DNA of 64,000 nt from Blepharisma stoltei ATCC 30299 (GCA_965603825.1 CBFDEM010000016.1:463695-527694); one strand, 5' to 3'; counted from the first letter of the stretch, positions 23,901 through 36,128 are shown. Notes: generated by a model not told the origin, from the letters alone. A program made the numbers and translations.

Positions 23901-26093
23901 ATCCTCATAGACTGACACTGGTATCAATGCTTTTTGATATATAATAGGATTGGCAAAAATATACTCATAGACTTTTTCTTGATTTACTGTCACTCCATCA
24001 CCTTTAAATGAACAAATTGTGCTCAGAAAATCCAGTAGCTGGGGCTTTTTATTCCTGTAATGCTTTTTGAGTAATTTTGCATAATACATAATTATGTTAT
24101 CAGATTTTGATATAGTTGCAGGATCGTGAATCTGAAGCAAAAGTTTTTCGTGGTCTTTTAAAATCCCCAGCATGCAGTTTGTAGCACCTAGCCCTAAACC
24201 GGCATGATTTATAAAAATTTTAAAAAAACCGAATGCGTAGTTTTGATTTTCTTTATTTTTATTGCAAATTGTACAGATGATCTGGTAAATTTTTTTGACG
24301 ACAGGAATCAGCATTCTTGCTCGGATCACGTCAATGTCTATGTCTACAAAAGGCTCTTTTCGGTCAATTGAAGTGTTTATGCTCATTGTTTCGATGTTCA
24401 TTATTTTCATCACAATGGCTTTTTCTTCTTTTGTCTTGAAGACATTGTTTAGTATTTCTGCTAAAGCTTCGAAAAACCTATGCTCTTTCAGCATTTTTTG
24501 GCGAGCGAATTGGACTTCTCCATATTGATTGTCCATCCCAACCATACTTTGGAGTTTATTATTGCAGAAAAGCTCTAAGTCTTCTATGCACTTTTGGATT
24601 AGCAAGATGTATTTTTCAAATTCTCTCAGGGATTTTCCTCCTTCTCTTGCAGCTAAATTGTAATATCGTTCCATATATTCAGGGAAACTGTATAATATTG
24701 GATAGCAATGAAGTAAAAATAGAGTTTCCCACACAACGTCAACTCCAGCTCTGGAAACTTTAAAATAGGAAAGCTCATCTTTTACAAAAGCAATCAAAGG
24801 AATAAAGCTGGCGATGCTTTTTTCAGTGTTAGAGTCTTTTCCTGTAATAGTAGCTTCATAGCAGTTAATATTTAAAAGTCTGCATAGCTCATCTGGCTGT
24901 ATAAAAGAATTTTGCCTTTTCTTTTCAAACGTATCAAATCTTCACAAGCTGTTTTCACTGTCATGGCTTCCTAATTTCAATTTATATTTTTCTCCTGATG
25001 GGCCTGGCTTTGCCCTTTCTTTAATAAATAAATATCTCCCTGTTGATATATGTTTAAGCCTATAGCTTTTCCCAATCGTTATAAGCCCACCTTTCCTAAC
25101 TTCATCATTTTCTATTAACCATAGCCCATTTGTATCAGTCAGATTATCGCTATACACAATTTTTATTCCTGCTGTGTCTGACTGTTTGTACCCAGCACTT
25201 AAGCAAACTTCTTCTTCAGACCTTGTAAGCCAAATATAATCCCCGCATGCTAGATATTGCATTCCTTCATCAGTTGTATTGGACTCCTGCCGATTATTTT
25301 TATCTGAAATAATTTCTTGAGAAATTTCATCAAAATTATACTGACTGATGTCTTTTACAAAAGGAGAATACAAATCAATAACCCATCGAGTTTTCTTGTC
25401 AAGAGATACATTGATTTCTAAAGAGTTGCTTGGCCCTTGGGACTCAGTTCTTAGAATCATTCCTGTCAATAGCCTACTAATAGGAGGTATGACTAAGCTG
25501 TTTTTGCTTGAATGCAAATATCCGACTCTGTTGAGCTCAGGGATCATGATTTCGAAATGGATTTTTTCGTTTAATCTTACGAGACCAGTCCCTTCTTTTT
25601 GATACTTATAACTTGGCTCAATTCGAAAATGAGAATACTCACTTCCGTAATCCTCGAGAGATAGCTTTAAATTTTCTCTCTCAACTTCAGCACTTTGTTG
25701 GCTTTTTAAAGTCAAAAATCTGTGACTTTGGATGTGTTCAAGCTGCACCAAAGATCCGTATTTTATTGCAATTCCTTTAAAGTTGTTGTAAGTATGAATA
25801 TTTGTTTTAACTTCTCCATCGAAAGCTTCTTCTAAGCGGTTGAGTTTTGCTAGCAAAATTGCGCTTTGAGAATCTGAAATGTAACGCAGAATTTCTTTTT
25901 GAGTTGAGGAAATACACTGAGGGACTATTCGAAAGACAGAGCCAAAGAAATCAGTTACATGGTCTGAGCCATCTTGAAGAATTGGAGTGATATCTATGAA
26001 GCCACGGGAGTATAAATAAAAATCATCGTGTGTTTTGATTGTTACAAGGGACCCATAATGCAGGAAAAGATTTGAAGAGCTGCTTGATTCCAT
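17964..26093 (-). CDS. IP3 receptor-like Ca2+ release channel (~2709 aa, 7 in-frame UGA)
   Basis: Eight ORFs are co-frame (all gaps are multiples of 3). N-terminal IP3R/MIR motifs (YGSLVQLEHIQS, YRLKHISTGRYL), RIH-associated LRLLQLFCEGH, SLTEFIQGPC, pore GGIG, GIIIDTF, CFICG, EYTGIESYV; TAA at 17964. Confidence 0.93.
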
Positions 26094-27238
26094 TTAATTT
26101 ATTTTATATATAAGAAAATCAGAAAACCACTTGAGAAGGGCTATATAAATAGAAAATATATAGAGTGAATTTAAGTAGTGCATTTTTCTTATTTATATTA
26201 TATTTTGGAATATAATTTTAACTTAAATATTGCATGTGGGAATAAGAATATTAAATCTCTATTTTATAGAGCTTTATTGAATGCAGGCACAGTTAATAAA
26301 AGAATAAGGCACAATTTTTAAGATTTCTTGAGTCCAGCCACAATATTTTTGTATTAAAAGGTTTCATATCATAAAATATTTTTTATACTGCAATTTTACC
26401 TGCTATGTCAATTGCAGCTAATTTAGTTACTTGACAGACAATTGCTGAGAAAGCAATAATGCTAGCTCTATCAAAATAAAGCTTAAAATTTTATTATCAA
26501 ATCAAGTTTAATTCCTTGCTCTCATTCGCAAATCATGTCTGGTCCTGGCCTATTTTTCTTCAATATTCATATTAGGCTGGCATTTTCATATGTTTGTATA
26601 AATAAATTTAACTTAGTATTAAAGACGCATGATATGTGAAACTATATTTCATTATATCATAAGCTCGTGTATATGGACCTCTTAAGGAAAGTTTATAAGG
26701 GACTTCTTTTTCGACATTTTTTACTTCCAAAATATTTAGATTATATTAGATGTTCCTGTGAAACCTTGCGATGTCAAGGAATAAATATTGCTTTATATTA
26801 GAATTTTGCTGAATAAAACTCGATTCCTGGGCGAAAAAATCCATGGATCCTAGTTAACATATTTTTCTAGCAGATCCATTCAAACTTGATCCTTCACCAG
26901 GTCTATCGCAATCTCTGATAGTTTCTAGACCTTGCCGCTCATAAAATAATATAATTTAAAACTTAGAGAATTGCGCTCTTAAAAGCCTTGTTGAGTCTGC
27001 TTCTGTTTTTTCTCTGGTTATCCAAAAAATGCTTGTGCCATTAAGAGCAAAAAATACAGTAATCTACCAAGCCATTTTGGTACAGCTTGTGCCTAAGTAT
27101 TTTTGGTAAAAAATTCGCTTATCAAGTCTAATTATCCCCAAACAGAGCAGTAGAGTCTATAAATCATTTCAATTAGATAATATAAAGAATGAAAAGTACA
27201 CTTATTACCTAGCTTTATTTTTTAATTTCAATTAATAA

Positions 27239-27637
27239 TTAATTGGCGCTAGAATTGCTTCCTCGGGATTTAGCATCATCTAAAATCTTTTTCAATTGAA
27301 TTTTCTCTTCATCATTTATAACTGGTGCAGGTGAAGGTAAATAATTTATTTGCAAGCCATAAGCTTCATATGGATTTGGCTTTGGCTGATTTTGAGAAAA
27401 TGAGGGGAATTGAAAATTTTCATAATCATATGGCTGATTTAGAGATTGAGATTTAGGTTTTGGCTGTGGGAAATTTTCAAAAGGGCCTGAATTGTTAATT
27501 TGATCTATATCACACTGCTGATGACCTTGAGATATATCCATGCTGGCATTAGGGAGTTGAGAAACATTGCTAGCTTGTAAAAATCCATTTGCTTGGAGAT
27601 GATCGGCTGGAGGATTTGAACTCTGATTAGATGACAT
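27239..27637 (-). CDS. Truncated tandem paralog of the upstream vWA gene (N-terminal low-complexity part only)
   Basis: Same start MSSNQSSNPP; PAPVINDEEKIQLKKILDDAK aligns with PEPLIMNDDDEIQLRTVVEETK; stops before the vWA domain. Confidence 0.7.
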   Translation of the reverse strand: MSSNQSSNPPADHLQANGFLQASNVSQLPNASMDISQGHQQCDIDQINNSGPFENFPQPKPKSQSLNQPYDYENFQFPSFSQNQPKPNPYEAYGLQINYLPSPAPVINDEEKIQLKKILDDAKSRGSNSSAN

Positions 27638-27754
27638 CAGTTAGTTTAATATTATATTATTAAAAATGAAAAAATAATTGAAAATTCCTATTAAACTCAT
27701 GTCTATACTTTTTTTATAGTATCGATTTATCCGAGAATATATTATTATTTAAGA

Positions 27755-29815
27755 TTAAGGTTTGCTGAAATAATCCATAGCCATCTCTGAATAGGCTGCT
27801 TGGCATCCATTCTGATACATCATCGCATTATTTGAAGCTTTTTGAGCAAAGTGGCTGCTTTGTACTGAAAACACTTGAGCTCTCCCTCCTTGCTCCCAAC
27901 TAGAATATGATGACGCTCTATTTGCAGCATCTTCAAGATCGCGTATTAAAGCTTTCACAATTGGATGATCATTGACAATGCATCCTTTAAATTCATTTGC
28001 TGCTTTGATTGCAGCTTCTTTTGCCTCATTGTATTTATGGCTTTCTGCAAGACTCGCAACTTCTTTCAAAATTTCTGCTCCCAAACACCTATAATAATTG
28101 ACCATAACATCTTCGTTGACTTCAATTTCTTCTCTTCCTTCATTGACCACCAAAATAGTTAATTCTGTTTCAATTATTTTATTTTCTCCTAAATTAGTCT
28201 CATAACTAATTCTTGCTTTGACTGGCCTTATAATTTCATTATCTGGAACCCTGTCAGTTATAGGTGGGAATTTCAATAAGAAAACTGAGTCTTTTTTGTC
28301 ACCTGCATGTACTTGTGCCATTGAAAAATTGCTATCACCGTTTTCTGAGTATACTTTAGACAGATGGAAAGGGATACTGCATGGCTGAGTTATCAAAGCG
28401 ACTTGAATTTTATCAGCTACCAAAGAGGCCAGCTCACCAAAGCAATTAGCAAATGCTATTGGGATATCTTTTGGATCTTCAACATAATAAAAATTTCCAC
28501 TATTAGATCTTGCGATTTCCTGCATAACTTTGGCATCGTGATCTGCTCCATACCCAAAAGTATGGACTGTGTATGAGCTTTTAATTAATGACTTAAACTC
28601 ATTAGAGCATCCAGCAGCCCTAGACAAAACTGTATCGCCCGAATCATCACATCCATCACTTAATAATAAAATTGAAGTGACTTGATTGACAATTCTTCTA
28701 TCACTTGCAACTTTTAAACCTTTTTCAAGGCCTGATACAATATTTGTACTGCCAATAATATTCATATTGTTAATCGCTCTTTCAACTTCAACTTTTCCTA
28801 CCTCATTAATTGCTGTCAATTTAATTATTCGTTGAGCGTTATCCGAAAACACAACAATACTAACTCTATCCCCATCATTTAATAGAGTCAGCATAAAGTT
28901 CAAAGTTTTCTTTACCAATTCAAGCTTAACCCCTGACATACTTCCACTTACATCAACTACACAAATCAAGTCTAGTCCTTGCCTGTTTTTTTGAATATCA
29001 GCAACTTGTGCACTTGAGCCTCTCAAAGAAAGAGTACAAGGGATTTCTTCTTCAGTATTTTTTAATTCTAAATAATTTAGAAGGAAATTCATTGACACTG
29101 TGATGGCTTCTTCAGGAGTCTTGGTCTCCTCTACAACTGTTCTCAATTGAATTTCGTCATCGTCGTTCATAATAAGAGGTTCAGGAGCTGCGGAGTATTG
29201 AGCTGGTGAAAGCGAAAAGTTGGATGATGAGTTATACGATAGGTATGGAGATGGCTGATACATCATTTGTTGTGGCAAATATTGCATTTGAGGTGGATAA
29301 TTATATTGCTGGTTTTGCAGTGAGCTAATTTGTTGAAAAGCATCATCATTGATTTGGATATTTTCAACTTGGGAGGATAGGTCTATGTTGAAACTTTCAG
29401 TAAGATTTAAGTCTGGTAAAGTTTGGTTAAAGGTGCTGTAGGTAAAGTTAGGCTGTTGGAGGCCTGCAAAGGGGTCACTAGAGCTAATGCTAGATTGATT
29501 TGTATTGGATTGCTGGGGAACTCCAAACAGATCTGCATCGAGCAGGCTAGTTTGGTTTATATTGGATTGTTGAGGAGCTTGAAACGGGCTTATATTAGAA
29601 TAATTTATATTGGATTGTTGAGGAACTTGATAGAGGTTTATGTTAGCTTGATTTGAACTTGATTGCTGAGGAACTTGAAACAGATCTACGTCGATACTGC
29701 TTAATATATTGGTATTTTGCGGCTGGGCGGCAGGTTGGCTTGAATCAAATAAATCTGACAATAAATCGACTTGAGGAGGATTGGATGGAGGATTAGAGCT
29801 TTGATTAGACGACAT
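27755..29815 (-). CDS. von Willebrand factor A domain protein with a Q/S/N-rich repetitive N-terminus
   Basis: DLICVVDVSGSM (MIDAS), GSTNI, LLLSDG, HTFGYGADHD; N-terminal repeats of type xF/YQVPQQSNxN. Confidence 0.9.
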   Translation of the reverse strand: MSSNQSSNPPSNPPQVDLLSDLFDSSQPAAQPQNTNILSSIDVDLFQVPQQSSSNQANINLYQVPQQSNINYSNISPFQAPQQSNINQTSLLDADLFGVPQQSNTNQSSISSSDPFAGLQQPNFTYSTFNQTLPDLNLTESFNIDLSSQVENIQINDDAFQQISSLQNQQYNYPPQMQYLPQQMMYQPSPYLSYNSSSNFSLSPAQYSAAPEPLIMNDDDEIQLRTVVEETKTPEEAITVSMNFLLNYLELKNTEEEIPCTLSLRGSSAQVADIQKNRQGLDLICVVDVSGSMSGVKLELVKKTLNFMLTLLNDGDRVSIVVFSDNAQRIIKLTAINEVGKVEVERAINNMNIIGSTNIVSGLEKGLKVASDRRIVNQVTSILLLSDGCDDSGDTVLSRAAGCSNEFKSLIKSSYTVHTFGYGADHDAKVMQEIARSNSGNFYYVEDPKDIPIAFANCFGELASLVADKIQVALITQPCSIPFHLSKVYSENGDSNFSMAQVHAGDKKDSVFLLKFPPITDRVPDNEIIRPVKARISYETNLGENKIIETELTILVVNEGREEIEVNEDVMVNYYRCLGAEILKEVASLAESHKYNEAKEAAIKAANEFKGCIVNDHPIVKALIRDLEDAANRASSYSSWEQGGRAQVFSVQSSHFAQKASNNAMMYQNGCQAAYSEMAMDYFSKP

Positions 29816-30281
29816 CAGATATTTATTAGGATTTTAAAAATGAAATTCAGATTATCAAGATTTAATAGTAAATTTCTATTATTTAAGCCAATTGAATTTT
29901 ATTATTAGATATTTGGTCCCTATTTGCTAATTTCTCTCTGATTTATATAATTTTTATTAAGCTTAAATTAAAGACTTATTTTAAATTTTTTTAGTCCATA
30001 ATTTTATTAAGCAAAAAACAGTTACTATTTTATTACCGATAAGTGGTCAAATTATTTTAATTTAACGCCAATTCATATCTAATTTTTGTTCTCTTGATGA
30101 CTATCTATTTATTTTAATGCTCCTTTTCTCAAAAAAGTCATCCATTAATCAGAACCAGTTCACCTAACCCCTACCACTCCAACATACCTTAAAATGTTTT
30201 ATATGGCTGATTTCTGCTCATATCCCAGGCAATTCATTAAGAAAATATTCAGACTTAAATTAAACATGGACTATACTAAAT

Positions 30282-31595
30282 ATGTTTGATATTCCCAGGC
30301 ACAAACGATCTGAAACACATCAAATAAGCCCTTCCTCCTCAAAAGGTTTTTCGTTATCCCCTACAAATGCAATACCTAGAAGTCGTATCATACGAGATAT
30401 TCAAACTATCCGGAAAGTTTCATCCAGAGGCACTTTACTAAGTCCAAAAGTAGCGTGAAGTGAAGAAAAGCCAAAAGCAATAAGGATCACCAAATCTCGC
30501 AGCAACCGTCCAAGCCCTGAATCTAACGTCCGCAGCCGCAAACTTCCACGTCTTTTGATCCCTGACCAACTCCTTATTGAAGAACAAAAAAAGTTGCCAT
30601 TCACCCCTTCAGCTTCAATAATAGCAGAAGCTAAATCAAAGCCGCCAAGTGCCAAAAAAAGGACTGCAAGTATGATTACGCCTCCTATGTCTCCAACTTA
30701 TACAAATTCAGTTATAAATGTAGTCACCAGATGCGCGTATAAAACTCGTGCAGGAAGTATGCTGGGAAGGCCAAAAAAATATAACCAAGATGCTTTTATA
30801 ATTCAACCACTATTGCAAGGTATTAAGGGGCAATATCTTTTTGCGGTATGTGATGGACATGGAGTTCTTGGCCATGATGTTTCAGGGTATATCAAAGAAA
30901 AGCTTCCTATTACTGTAGAGCAAGGAATGCCAGAAAATGAGTCTCCGTTGAATGCTTACTCGCAAGCATTGGCCAATGGGATCGTAAATGTAGATAAACT
31001 TGTACAGGACAGCACAATAAATGCAGAATTCTCAGGAAGTACACTGGTTTCTCTGCTAATAAGAGGGTCTTCAGTTATTTGTGGGAATGTTGGGGACTCC
31101 AGAGCAGTTTTGGCAGAGAGAAATGAAAATATGTGGAGAGCGATTGATCTGTCAAGGGACCATAAGCCAGATCTTCCTGATGAAGGGACAAGAATTATTA
31201 AAGCGAACGGTAGAATTGAGCCTTATTTTGACGACAACGGACAGCCTTTAGGCCCTTATAGAGTTTGGCTTCAAGACCAACAAATTCCTGGCTTGGCGAT
31301 GTCGAGGTCTATTGGAGATTTCGTCGCAAAATCAGTTGGCGTAAGTGCTGAGCCAGAAATGCTCATAAAACAATTAGAGCCAAAAGATAAATTTATTATA
31401 CTCGCTTCTGACGGCATATGGGAATTCATCAGTAGCCAAGAAGCTGTAGATATGGTTAAAGAGTCTTGGGAGACTGGAAAAACAGAAGCATGCTGTGATA
31501 AGTTGGTAAAAGAAGCAGTTATGAGGTGGCAAAAAGAAGACGACTCAATTGATGATATCACAGTTATTGTGATTTTTTTAAATGTTTTAAATTAA
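30282..31595 (+). CDS. PP2C/PPM protein phosphatase
   Basis: NQD, CDGHG, SGST, NVGDSRAV, DHKP, GLAMSRSIGD, ASDGIWE, DDIT; extends upstream through one TGA to ATG 30282. Confidence 0.92.
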
Positions 31596-31672
31596 TTCTG
31601 TTCATAAAGTCTATTTTTTGGAGAAATCTTTTTTATCCATTTTATCAGTATTTTAAGCATACTTATTTTATT

Positions 31673-32962
31673 ATGATGAAAATTGTTGCTGATTACAAAG
31701 TAAAGCACCTACCTAAGCCTATTGTATCAACTAGACTCCCCAAGGCATTTTCGCAGCCGATAAAGAAAACTATGAAAAAAGACATTGAAGAAATTTACGA
31801 AGGCGAAGAGTACAAAAAGATGAAAAATTTGCTATCACCTATAAAAATAAAACCAAATGACCATTCAAAATTAACAAAAGCATTAAAGCAGCTGGAAAAG
31901 CTTCCTGCTAACCCTGACAACATAGATCTCTACGAGCCTTTTTCGAGACTTCGAAGCCAAGCACAAATAATTCTTCCCCAATGCCAAGTGCAGCTTGAAG
32001 AAATGATTACCCTTTCACATTTAAATTCCCAGTCACTCACTGGGAATATCCGAAAAGTCCTTCATGCCCAGACTCTAGAACTTTTCGCAATTAAACAAAT
32101 CCCAATCAGTACACGGGACGAAAGGGCTCATCTCAAAGACTGGATCAGTAAATGGCAAAACATCCAGCAAAGACACAAAAAGCTAATCAACGTAAGCGCA
32201 ACATTTTGGAACTCTCCTGAAGGTGTAGTTAGCATAGTTATGGAATATTTGCCTGGAGGGAGTTTAAAAGATTTAATAGCCACCTGTGGAAGTCTACCAG
32301 AAAATCTAGTTTCACTTATTGTAAAAAAAATTTTGGAATTCCTCATATATCTTCATAGAAAAAATGAAGCCTATGGAGGGATTTCTACTACACAAATTCT
32401 TTTTACAAAATCTGGGGCAATTAAGTTTGGATTAGGCTTTACACAGAGGCTGCAGTCTAAAATTCATACCTTAGAAGACGATATTTATACGCTTGGGATA
32501 TTAGTTTTAAATTCTGTTCTAGGGGATTCAGATATAATTCCTTCTACTACACAGGACTGTTGTGTTTTCCACACAATGGAATCAAACCCTATCATAAAAA
32601 GACTGACACCTCAGGTCAAAGAGTTTATATGTTTATGTTTAAGGGAAAAAAAGCCAAGTGCTGATGACTTAATGAAGCATGAATGGTTTAATTTAGAGAG
32701 CTATCCAGGGCCTGCGGTAGAATTAAAAGAAGTCATCGCAATTAATTATAACTTAGGGAGTGGAGAATACTTAGAAGCTGCTGATAAGATGCTAGACAGA
32801 GTATGTGAAGCTTTAAAAGTAGTCATTTTAGGACAGACTATTTCAAAGCCAGCAGATTCAGCAATCCAGCAGCTCGCAATAGATCTTGGGTTGCCATATG
32901 TTGTAGTTCATGAAAAAATTAGCAAAGTTTATGACGAAAATATTAGCGTTTTGTATACATAG
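31673..32962 (+). CDS. STE/MAP2K-like pseudokinase
   Basis: FAIK, IVMEYLPGGSL and LIYLH are present, but HRD is replaced by YGG and DFG by GLG; the activation segment is short. Confidence 0.75.
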   Translation: MMKIVADYKVKHLPKPIVSTRLPKAFSQPIKKTMKKDIEEIYEGEEYKKMKNLLSPIKIKPNDHSKLTKALKQLEKLPANPDNIDLYEPFSRLRSQAQIILPQCQVQLEEMITLSHLNSQSLTGNIRKVLHAQTLELFAIKQIPISTRDERAHLKDWISKWQNIQQRHKKLINVSATFWNSPEGVVSIVMEYLPGGSLKDLIATCGSLPENLVSLIVKKILEFLIYLHRKNEAYGGISTTQILFTKSGAIKFGLGFTQRLQSKIHTLEDDIYTLGILVLNSVLGDSDIIPSTTQDCCVFHTMESNPIIKRLTPQVKEFICLCLREKKPSADDLMKHEWFNLESYPGPAVELKEVIAINYNLGSGEYLEAADKMLDRVCEALKVVILGQTISKPADSAIQQLAIDLGLPYVVVHEKISKVYDENISVLYT

Positions 32963-32992
32963 TTTATTAAAAATAAATTAGAATAATTGGAA

Positions 32993-34066
32993 TTAGCTTA
33001 GCATCAACAGGTAAAGAGAAATAATAAGTGAAGCTGCCCCGGAGTAAGTTTTGGAGTAATAATTCGAAAAATAAATCGTTTTAGTACAAGCATCATTATT
33101 TTGCAATTGAGGATAATTTTCTATTTGATATTTAGACACGTATAAATTCGTATAATTCTGCCCTACAGTCATTTTCCAGCAATTATCATCAAACCTTCTC
33201 ACTGTATTACACTTATCAAGAGCCTCACTCCACATAAAAGTCCTATATGAAGAAATATAATTCAAATAAGGCGAATCTCCATAGAATGGCTGACAATATG
33301 ATAATCCTGATGGGTTCATCCCACATTGGCAGCTCGTGAAATAAGTATTTGTTTCTGTCTTCCCCATGCATTGGCTGTCACTCGTACATTGCTGTGGGGT
33401 TGTTGCTACTGATGTAGGTGCATTAGAACAAGTTCCCTTGGTTGAAAATAATGAAGTGTATAAGCAAACTCCAGATTTACACAAATTAGAATAGCCGCCT
33501 TGTTTAGTTTTGGTGCAATTGGAAATCACACTGCTAAGTGGTAAAGAAAAATATTCTACACAAACCCCTCCAGTACTTGTAATATTGCATCCTGCTTTAG
33601 GCACACAATCATAATCCGTAGTACAGCCCACTTCATTTATATTTAATAAAGCTTTGCAAGTTCCTGATGCACACCTCAATCCAGGGCCACAATAATCATG
33701 CTTGGTGCAAGTTCCATTCAAGCTAACCCCCACACAATGAGCCTTCGTGCAATTATTTGAAGCACACATGCTGTTCGCTGAACAAGTTTCCCCTGGATAT
33801 AAATTAGTCACTGCTGTTGTATCTGGAATAGTTGTGCATGAAGAGTTTTGGTAAGTTCCATAAATAGGTGGGCAATAAGGAGTAGAAGATGATGTGCAGG
33901 CATTCAGGACGTAGGTTGAATATAAAGTGTTAGGGTAGATACAGGTTGATGAGTTAAAAGTCGTGGTATTTGTCTTGCATTGATAAGACCAACAGTAATT
34001 TTTTTCAATTTCTTCGACTGCGTAAGCTGAAATGATGAAAATGAGAAGGAGTTTTAGGCTCTCCAT
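32993..34066 (-). CDS. Cysteine-rich secreted surface protein, probably GPI-anchored
   Basis: N-terminal signal peptide, many C-x5-C-x4-C-x4-C modules, C-terminal SGA plus hydrophobic tail. Confidence 0.85.
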   Translation of the reverse strand: MESLKLLLIFIISAYAVEEIEKNYCWSYQCKTNTTTFNSSTCIYPNTLYSTYVLNACTSSSTPYCPPIYGTYQNSSCTTIPDTTAVTNLYPGETCSANSMCASNNCTKAHCVGVSLNGTCTKHDYCGPGLRCASGTCKALLNINEVGCTTDYDCVPKAGCNITSTGGVCVEYFSLPLSSVISNCTKTKQGGYSNLCKSGVCLYTSLFSTKGTCSNAPTSVATTPQQCTSDSQCMGKTETNTYFTSCQCGMNPSGLSYCQPFYGDSPYLNYISSYRTFMWSEALDKCNTVRRFDDNCWKMTVGQNYTNLYVSKYQIENYPQLQNNDACTKTIYFSNYYSKTYSGAASLIISLYLLMLS

Positions 34067-34111
34067 ACTTATTAGATATAAATTGAAAAATCAGAGAGAA
34101 ATTACATAAGA

Positions 34112-35212
34112 TTAATAATTATTTCAGTCAGCGGGGGAATCTGCACCGTCAATAAAGTGGTCTGATGCAGCCTCAGTTTGTTCTTTGCTAGGGTTTCAGC
34201 TTTCGTGTGAAATTAAAAAGTCAGGGATCCACGAACTTTTTGAATTATTTTCGTTGCTATACAGCGCGTGTAGGTCAATTCTGTTATTTATACTTCTTTC
34301 AGTAAAATTCCTTTGGTTTAGCTTAAATCTTGTATCTACCATACTGAAAACTTCATCAGAAACTAGTTTATCTTCTTTCAGCTGCTGGGTTGAGGAGTAT
34401 AAAGAATTGGTTTCGCTGAAATTTGAAGTTTTTAATACAGTTCCAATTGTTTTACTAGTCTTATCGTTAGTTTTGCTAAGTCTTTTCATTAATTCTTTGA
34501 TATTTTCTGACAGTTTGCTATCTGATTTTTTAAATTGATATAAATTTTGGATTTTTTGGACTTCTTTTTCTCTTTTTCTGTCAGCTTCTTCCATCCAATC
34601 TGAGACTTTTTTTATCGCTTTTTGCTTTATTTCATCTTTTTGGGCTTTTTCAGTTTTAGTTATAGCTTTCCCTTCTTTGAAAATTTCAGGAACTTTTGCT
34701 TTGGTTACTGCACTTAAAGGTCTTTGAAGAGTTTTGGGCTGATATAACGCTTTACTTTGGGGGTTTTCTATCTTTCTTGGTGCTTGAGCCATAGTTGCTG
34801 TGGGTTTTTCTTCAACTTCTTCAAATAGCATTAGCTTTTCTTCTTGGTTTTCGTCAAGAATGTCTTCTTCTGTTGATATATTTTTATCATTCCATTTTGG
34901 TTTTGCGGTATTTGGCCTTATTTTTTGAGGTTTTTTCTCAGAATTTCTATCAAAATCTGTTTTGCTATCAGTAGCCTCTGAATCTTTTTCTTTTGTGTTA
35001 GAAATTAGCAAATTTTTTGGCATTTGAATTTTGATTTTGGCTCCAGGTGCAGCCATGCTTGAATGCTTTGCTTTATTTGCTTGCTTTGTAGGAAGTTTAG
35101 AGACCAATGCTTGAGCATTTGGACGGTCTTCATCATTTTCAAAAGCATCATCAGGGACTACAAAGTTATAGGCTTTAACTGGAATGTAATAACCCTCGAC
35201 TTGTTTTTCCAT
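34112..35212 (-). CDS. Hypothetical hydrophilic (K/E-rich) protein
   Basis: The ORF reads through TGA 34196 and 34124 to TAA 34112-34114. Confidence 0.75.
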
Positions 35213-35345
35213 TTTGTGTTTAAATTCATAAGCTATTACAGAAAAATGCTTATAAAGCAGATTCTTTATAAAAATATTTAAATTAAAAACTTGTGTGTTT
35301 AACCAATCTTCATATAAAAATTTATAAAATCATCAACAAATTTCT

Positions 35346-36128
35346 TTAAGCCAGTTGCGGCTTAATAATAATTTTTGATGGCAGCACATATGACTCAGTT
35401 TCTATTACCCTCTCAGGGCTATTTTCATTTGATTTTTTTATTTTCTTAATCCTAATATCCTTTTTATCCTCTTCTTTTGGATATATCTTTTTTTCAATTT
35501 TTACAGTCAAATCTCTGATTTTATCCCAGAATTCATTTTCCTGCCTCAGCACTCTTTCTTTTTCTTTGATTTGTTTTAGAACCAAATCCAGCCCTGCCCC
35601 AGATGGAGGAATAATATATTCTTGGTGAGTTTTTCTTTTTCTAGGACTAGAAACAGTTTTAGACCTTACTGAAACCAAGCCTGTGCTATCAGTTTCTGTT
35701 AGCATATTAATCAGCCTTGTCCTAGTCGATTCTTTAAGTGAGCTTTGGCTAGAGATTGCTCCAATAGGAATAGGCAAATTTGGCTTTGGCTGGATTTTTA
35801 AAAATGCTTTAGAAGTCTTGCTTGTCTTTGATGACGGAGTTGATGAAAATCTCATAAAATTGAACCCATGCTGATGTGTGATATTTGGGGTATTAGGAGA
35901 CTTGGGAGAATGTACTGAAATTTTGGTTTTTAAGGAATTAAAGCTAATATTCATGCTATTGCTTAGCCCTTGCAAAGTATTTAGACTGATTTTTTGTGAA
36001 GTTTGTGATGACAATTTTTCAATTGATTCAATTTTTTGTATATTGTTGTGTCTAATGTGCTTTCTTGACGTTATTGAATTCTGAAGAGAATCAATAAGTC
36101 TTATTGGTTTATCAAAAGACAGATTCAT
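35346..36128 (-). CDS. Hypothetical basic, Ser-rich protein
   Basis: 260-aa ATG-to-TAA ORF. Confidence 0.7.
   Translation of the reverse strand: MNLSFDKPIRLIDSLQNSITSRKHIRHNNIQKIESIEKLSSQTSQKISLNTLQGLSNSMNISFNSLKTKISVHSPKSPNTPNITHQHGFNFMRFSSTPSSKTSKTSKAFLKIQPKPNLPIPIGAISSQSSLKESTRTRLINMLTETDSTGLVSVRSKTVSSPRKRKTHQEYIIPPSGAGLDLVLKQIKEKERVLRQENEFWDKIRDLTVKIEKKIYPKEEDKKDIRIKKIKKSNENSPERVIETESYVLPSKIIIKPQLA

Noticed and set aside
17964-26093. Apparent pseudogene or operon of eight fragments
   Set aside because: All fragments are co-frame and separated only by TGA, so this is one intact IP3R-like gene under UGA=Trp. The same applies to the PDE, kinesin-8, MYST and others.
26094-27238. Possible decayed coding sequence in the 1.1-kb spacer
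   Set aside because: The minus-strand frames I read are interrupted by TAA/TAG and I could not recognise a family.
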